Origin: a virus
Taxonomy: Duplodnaviria > Heunggongvirae > Uroviricota > Caudoviricetes
Direction: 5' to 3' (one strand)
IMG/VR virus record: IMGVR_UViG_3300029746_000007
Span: 1 to 19,504 of that record
Length of the DNA stretch: 19,504 nucleotides
In this document: positions 15,200-19,504 of the stretch, one piece after another
Numbering within the stretch: the stretch's first letter is position 1
Layout: every line of letters starts with the position of its first letter
The notes under the pieces: model-generated
The model's database searches: none
The model's input: only the letters and a program-made list of their open reading frames with translations
Told to the model about the DNA's origin: nothing
Program-made: the position numbers and the translations under genes

Positions 15200-16650
15200 T
15201 CTCTTGCTCTTGAGTGATTTTGGATGATAGTTGGAAAGTTGGAAAGGATGGTTGGTAGCTCTTTTATATATTCTTTTTTTGTGTGTGAATCTGATTGAAA
15301 ATATGCGTCATGGTAAAAAGTTTCGGTAAATTTTGGAATTTGAGAAATTGTGAGAGGGTAGGAAGATATGGAATTTGCTTGGAAGACTGGGTTTTCATGA
15401 GATAGAGAATGGTATGATTTTAAAATCTGAGATGGCTGTATTTGATAAAAATGGGTATGAAAATGAATGCATTATAATAAGGAAATGATTAGATTCGGAG
15501 AAAACTGTTGATTTATGGGAGGTTTGAGAGTTTTTTGATATGGTTTTGGGGTTGTTGGGGTTATTTTATGGGTGATTGAGTATGAATTTTTGCTGTAAAA
15601 TGGGAAAATTACCGAAAAGCTTACCGAAAGATTTTGAGTGAATTTTGTGTGATTTTGATATTTTTTTATTTCGGTAATGGGGAAGTGAGATAGATTGTGT
15701 GTGGAGATGCCATTAGCAAAATTTTCAGAATTTTCAGACAATAAAAAATGTAAAATACCCCTGTCTTATTTTTGACGAATAACGATAGTAAAAAATCCTT
15801 TATTTATGGGTTATTTTTTGCACTTCTCGAAAAAATGCGAATTGATATACGGTACTGGTATTTTTAGTCCCCCGTATGAAACTAAAATTTTATTAGGTTA
15901 TTGATAAAGTTTTCGTGGGGTAGGGTTCAGATCAGACGGGCAATATCAATCTTTTGTTAGTAACAAAATGATAATAACGATTAACAACAAGGTTCGTAAA
16001 TTTTAGTAACAAATGTTACAAAATAAAAAATATATCATAATGCTATATTATATACCATAATACTAGCTATATAAATAAATACATAAAAATATACTAAAAT
16101 GCGATCATGCACATGATCCAATATATCCAGTATATCCAACTATACTAAACAATAAATATACCTTTATGCTAACTCATATATACCATAATGCTATATTGTA
16201 TAGCTCAACACTTATACAGATCACACAATCCCACCAAACAAACTATACACCAAACTAAACATAACTATACCACTAAAAATACCCATTCAGCAGCCAAACA
16301 CTTATTATCTATCAATTAATACTTATTAACATATTTAAATATATTTCAAATACATTCAAATAATATACCATAATAATATACATACTATCATAATACATAT
16401 ACTATATACAATACTATAATACTATATATCTATATACTATCATACATACTATCTATCATATACATACATATACTACTATATACTACACAATACATATACA
16501 TGCACTATATGCCTATATATATCATTATACTATATTATATACATTGCTATCAGATATCATGTATCTATGCAGTGTATAGCATACATACACTTAATGCATA
16601 ATACCATGCAGAGCATTATATATCATTAGTTCTTTCCTATTATATGCAGT
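15200..16650. other. Long non-coding region with mirror-image G/C skew and short repeats (candidate genome terminus/packaging site or origin)
   Basis: + strand is G/T-rich left of ~15750 and A/C-rich, nearly G-free, right of ~16020. Contains four TTACCGAAA copies, TAACA palindromes and ACTATAC/CATA low-complexity arrays. Confidence 0.55.
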
Positions 16651-16665
16651 TATATGCAATCATTA

Positions 16666-16884
16666 TTATTCTATTACGACACTCAGTTCACACCCTAAAG
16701 CCTTGCACAACCTATCCAATGTATCTAATGTAATGTTCTCTGTTCTATTATTCAATAAGTTGCTAATAGCTTGTTTGCTCAAGCCAGTAGCGTTGCACAG
16801 GTCTTTCTGTCTCATGTTTCTATCTATCATTATATGCTTTATCCCATTTGTTATATCTTCTATGTTATTGTATCTAATTTTCAT
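16666..16884 (-). CDS. XRE/Cro-CI family HTH transcriptional regulator
   Basis: IKHIMIDRNMRQKDLCNATGLSKQAISNLLNNRTENITLDTLDRLCKALGCEL; SD AGGAGG is better spaced to the second ATG (16884) than to 16887. Confidence 0.92.
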   Translation of the reverse strand: MKIRYNNIEDITNGIKHIMIDRNMRQKDLCNATGLSKQAISNLLNNRTENITLDTLDRLCKALGCELSVVIE

Positions 16885-16912
16885 CATTAACCTCCTAAAA
16901 GAGTAGTATTAT

Positions 16913-16953
16913 ATAGTATCATAAAATGATAAAAGTATCAATATAGCAATACT
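16913..16953 (-). promoter_or_regulatory. SigA-type promoter of the XRE gene with overlapping operator
   Basis: TTGATA (16941-16936)-17 bp-TACTAT (16918-16913) with extended -10 TG; imperfect palindrome AGTATCA-N6-CAATACT at 16934-16953. Confidence 0.72.
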
Positions 16954-17008
16954 ACTAATTATTTACATAGATATTATATCATTTTTTGTGTACTATTTTG
17001 CATTAAAA

Positions 17009-17041
17009 AGTATTGATAAAACAATACTATTATGCTATTAT
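17009..17041 (+). promoter_or_regulatory. SigA-type rightward promoter with overlapping operator
   Basis: TTGATA (17013-17018)-17 bp-TATTAT (17036-17041) with extended -10 TG; perfect palindrome AGTATTG-N6-CAATACT at 17009-17028. Confidence 0.78.
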
Positions 17042-17047
17042 TAGTAC

Positions 17048-17775
17048 ATCAAAAAGAGATACGCAAAAAAACAAATCTCTAATTGATATTTATAAAAAAT
17101 ACGCTCAGCGTCATAAAGTTTGGCAGTTCTTAATATTTTACATCTGCATTATCAAAAGTAAACACGCTGAGCCTTGACTGCGATACAAAAACAATAGCCA
17201 CTTGCAAAAACAAGCCGATTGAAAAAGCAAGTATAAAAAATACTAGAGTAGTTAAAAATTGAACGGTATTACATTATAAAAACATTTAAATAAAAATCCT
17301 ATATTTAGGCAAGACAATAATAAGTCCTTATAGGTGTATTACATTGTTAGACTAACAATGATAAATAAATAGCCGTGACGGTGGCAAGGAGTACACGCAA
17401 ACTAGGAATTGCAAAAAAAGTATGAAAGAACTTAAGACTTTCGCAAGGCTCAAGAGTGGCAATGCCTTACAAAAATAATTGTGCTACCATTTTTGGAGAT
17501 CGTCAACAACTCCAATATAAAACAGATTATTGACCGTATGATTCGATGTAAACAACGTTAAAGTTTCAAGGACTGAAAAAGATAGCAACTATCTATCAAT
17601 GATACATAAAAGTTGTAGCGTGTCCGTAAAGCGCACTTGTATATAGGTAACATTACTATATAAAAAAATTGATAGCAAGTAGAAACGGCGTCACCTATAC
17701 GAAAGTATAGCCGGAGATAATAAAAACAATACATTCACAAAAAATTAGCAATCTAAAATATAGATTGCTTTTCTT
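17048..17775 (+). ncRNA. Candidate ~720-nt structured non-coding RNA / leader
   Basis: Bounded by a promoter and a terminator, with no ORF >=60 aa. Many stems separated by A-runs, e.g. GCTCAGCGT/ACGCTGAGC, ACTTGC/GCAAGT, CCTATA/TATAGG, TTGGAG/CTCCAA, CTATCAAT/ATTGATAG and CTATAC-GAAA-GTATAG. Confidence 0.55.
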
Positions 17776-17776
17776 A
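17747..17776 (+). terminator. Intrinsic terminator-like hairpin
   Basis: AGCAATCTA-AAATA-TAGATTGCT followed by TTTCTT. Confidence 0.6.
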
Positions 17777-17954
17777 TTGCAAAAATCAGTAAAGGGTTAA
17801 TAGTTACATCAAATTAACCAAACACTTGAAATTATGCAATACCTTATTAACTCGGTAGACGGTTTCCAGTCCGGCGAAAGTTCACGACTTATTAATAAGG
17901 TTGTAACCCAAAAAGAGAATACATAAACACCACATAAAAAAGGAGATAAAAACC

Positions 17955-18320
17955 ATGAAAATGTATATCAGTTATGAAGAGCCATTCAACGGTAAAGCTT
18001 TTACATCTTCACAAATGCATGAAGTTTACCGTAATCTAGTAGACAAGACAGAGTATCAGGATTTTGAATCATGGCTATATGACATGATAAAATCCGGTAT
18101 CTTTCGTATTATCACAAAAACATCAAATTGTATCGAAACTGAAAAACGTATGACGCAGTTAATCAATGATCTAAACGTAGCAAGTAATGAAACATTAGCA
18201 ATTAAAGAATTTATAACCAATTTAATGTATCGCACTTGCTTATTAGAGCAAGACGCTTTAAAGCTGATGATTGATTTTATCTTTCACGGCACTCTTGAAT
18301 TAAACAAATACAATTTATAA
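17955..18320 (+). CDS. Hypothetical phage protein (121 aa)
   Basis: SD AAGGAG; first gene of the rightward unit. Confidence 0.85.
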   Translation: MKMYISYEEPFNGKAFTSSQMHEVYRNLVDKTEYQDFESWLYDMIKSGIFRIITKTSNCIETEKRMTQLINDLNVASNETLAIKEFITNLMYRTCLLEQDALKLMIDFIFHGTLELNKYNL

Positions 18321-18383
18321 ACAACTATAAATCATACAGAGCAACAAAAAACAAATAAAAAGAAAAGGATAAAGGTGCAAATT

Positions 18384-18962
18384 ATGAGTAACTACTATAA
18401 TTTAGACGGTATTAAAACAGAATTAAATAAAAGATTAAGCTATGAAAAGTCAATCTTAAAAGCGTGGGAAAATGTAACATTTCCAACAAAAAAAGACGGT
18501 ACACCTTTTAAAGTAATGTCTAAAAATTTTGACGGTGCAAAGTTATATCTTGACAATTTCGCATGGCATGACTATGAAAAAAGATTAAAAGTTAATACTT
18601 TCGATGATTTAAACAGATATATTTCAGAAGATATTAATTGTTACAATCAAGTAAAATATATTTCTGATAAATCAAAACTTGAAAAAGTTTCTAACATCAT
18701 GGCTAAAGAGCCAATGTTAGAACAAATATACGTCTATGATTTAGAAGACATAAAAGAAGAAATTCAGAAAACAATAAACAGACATAAAGAAAATATTGTA
18801 TCACTTGAAAAACAGATTGACCAGGCAGAAAAAGCCTACAATAATTTTGTAGCAGACTATAAAAAAGCAATCGAAAACCTTGTAGAAACTTGTGGAGCTA
18901 ATGACAATTCATTATTCTATGCAGTGCGTGACACTGTAAAAGAAAGATATCCATATTGCTAA
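18384..18962 (+). CDS. Hypothetical phage protein with C-terminal coiled coil
   Basis: ATG 18384 follows SD AAGGTG (the track's GTG at 18375 lies within that SD, though it has its own AAGGA upstream). Confidence 0.85.
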   Translation: MSNYYNLDGIKTELNKRLSYEKSILKAWENVTFPTKKDGTPFKVMSKNFDGAKLYLDNFAWHDYEKRLKVNTFDDLNRYISEDINCYNQVKYISDKSKLEKVSNIMAKEPMLEQIYVYDLEDIKEEIQKTINRHKENIVSLEKQIDQAEKAYNNFVADYKKAIENLVETCGANDNSLFYAVRDTVKERYPYC

Positions 18963-18978
18963 CAGGAGGACTAAAACC

Positions 18979-19368
18979 ATGAAAAGGAAAATACTTTACA
19001 TACTCACAACGGCGGTATTAATTTGCACCGCTTTTTTAGTAGGAAGAAACACAGCACCAACTAAAACAACTACGAAAACAGTAACTGTAATGCCGGAAAA
19101 AGTCGATCTTTCCAACAAAGATCAATTCAATTACATATGTGATTTCATGGCAAAAATATCCGATTGGAATTGCGGTGGCGGTACTAATGATGAATTGGCA
19201 GTGTCGACTAAAGACGGCTATGAATTATACGCACAAAAGCAAGAAAACGTATACAGTCCAGACTTAAAACAGTATATCGGATTGAATGAGCTTTCATCGT
19301 GGAACGTTGATGGCTCTACTCTGGAAATAATAACGTTAGACGGGAATACATATACATTTGATAAATAA
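18979..19368 (+). CDS. Secreted or membrane-anchored hypothetical protein
   Basis: MKRKILYILTTAVLICTAFLVG signal/anchor followed by a Thr-rich linker; SD AGGAGG. Confidence 0.87.
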   Translation: MKRKILYILTTAVLICTAFLVGRNTAPTKTTTKTVTVMPEKVDLSNKDQFNYICDFMAKISDWNCGGGTNDELAVSTKDGYELYAQKQENVYSPDLKQYIGLNELSSWNVDGSTLEIITLDGNTYTFDK

Positions 19369-19390
19369 AGTCTATGACGGAAATTTTTCT

Positions 19391-19427
19391 AGCCTATACA
19401 AGCCTAAAAACCTGTATAGGCTTTTCT
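19391..19427 (+). terminator. Intrinsic terminator
   Basis: AGCCTATACA/TGTATAGGCT followed by TTTCT. Confidence 0.7.
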
Positions 19428-19466
19428 GATTAATACAGAGAATACCATATAAGGAGGGGAAATCAG

Positions 19467-19504
19467 ATGTTTAAAGATTTTATCGATTGGAGTTTAGAAA
19501 GTAC
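19467..19504 (+). CDS. Start of a gene truncated by the window edge (MFKDFIDWSLES...)
   Basis: SD AAGGAGG upstream of ATG 19467; open to the edge. Confidence 0.6.
   Translation, partial: MFKDFIDWSLES

Larger units (their letters stand above)
2376..19504. mobile_element. Large SPbeta-like prophage / phage-like element (internal segment)
   Basis: YonO-like RNAP upstream of YonK-like, phosphoesterase and HU genes (resembles the SPbeta yonO/yonN/yonK/yonJ cluster), phage-type tRNAs without CCA, Bro-N, XRE switch, and dense hypothetical genes. Confidence 0.85.

Noticed and set aside
15472..15741. 89-aa minus-strand ORF
   Set aside because: By-product of G-poor skewed sequence; low-complexity translation; no SD.
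16030..16650. Possible CRISPR array or coding microsatellite
   Set aside because: No constant repeat with regular unique spacers and no open frame.
16703..16906. 67-aa plus-strand hydrophobic ORF (possible type I toxin)
   Set aside because: Fully antisense to the XRE gene, no SD; hydrophobicity is expected from the antisense of an A-rich gene.
17422..17478. 18-codon ORF MKELKTFARLKSGNALQK inside the candidate ncRNA
   Set aside because: The nearest SD-like AGGA is poorly spaced and the length is expected by chance; it cannot be excluded without Ribo-seq.
17371..17593. Possible complementarity of the large RNA (GCCGTGAC, TAGCAACT) to the loops of the endonuclease leader
   Set aside because: Matches are short and mismatched, so not distinguishable from chance.

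Overview
AT-rich segment of a large SPbeta-like (YonO-type RNA polymerase-encoding) prophage or phage-like element, probably from a Bacillota/Clostridia host (inference). An IS21-family element (istA, partial istB, one repeat-rich end at 2375) sits at the left and clips the 3' end of a Zn-ribbon/PD-(D/E)xK endonuclease gene. A long minus-strand operon runs from a Bro-N gene (split by a nonsense codon) through a tandem-wHTH protein, a single-subunit RNA polymerase, tRNA(CAU)-like and tRNA-Pro genes, a beta-CASP ribonuclease, a YonK-like protein, a metallophosphoesterase, HU and an atypical tRNA-Ser. A ~1.4 kb non-coding region with mirror-image G/C skew (candidate genome end/packaging site or origin) is followed by an XRE repressor with twin divergent promoters and operators. 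These precede a ~720 nt ORF-poor, hairpin-rich candidate ncRNA and plus-strand hypothetical genes. The most striking signals are three genes that appear to start at ATT/ATC close to an atypical CAU tRNA and a beta-CASP nuclease, a recurrent oriented GAGAATA motif (candidate phage promoter), an anti-SD sRNA-like cassette, and the large structured RNA. All assignments were made by eye; no database searches or folding programs were run.
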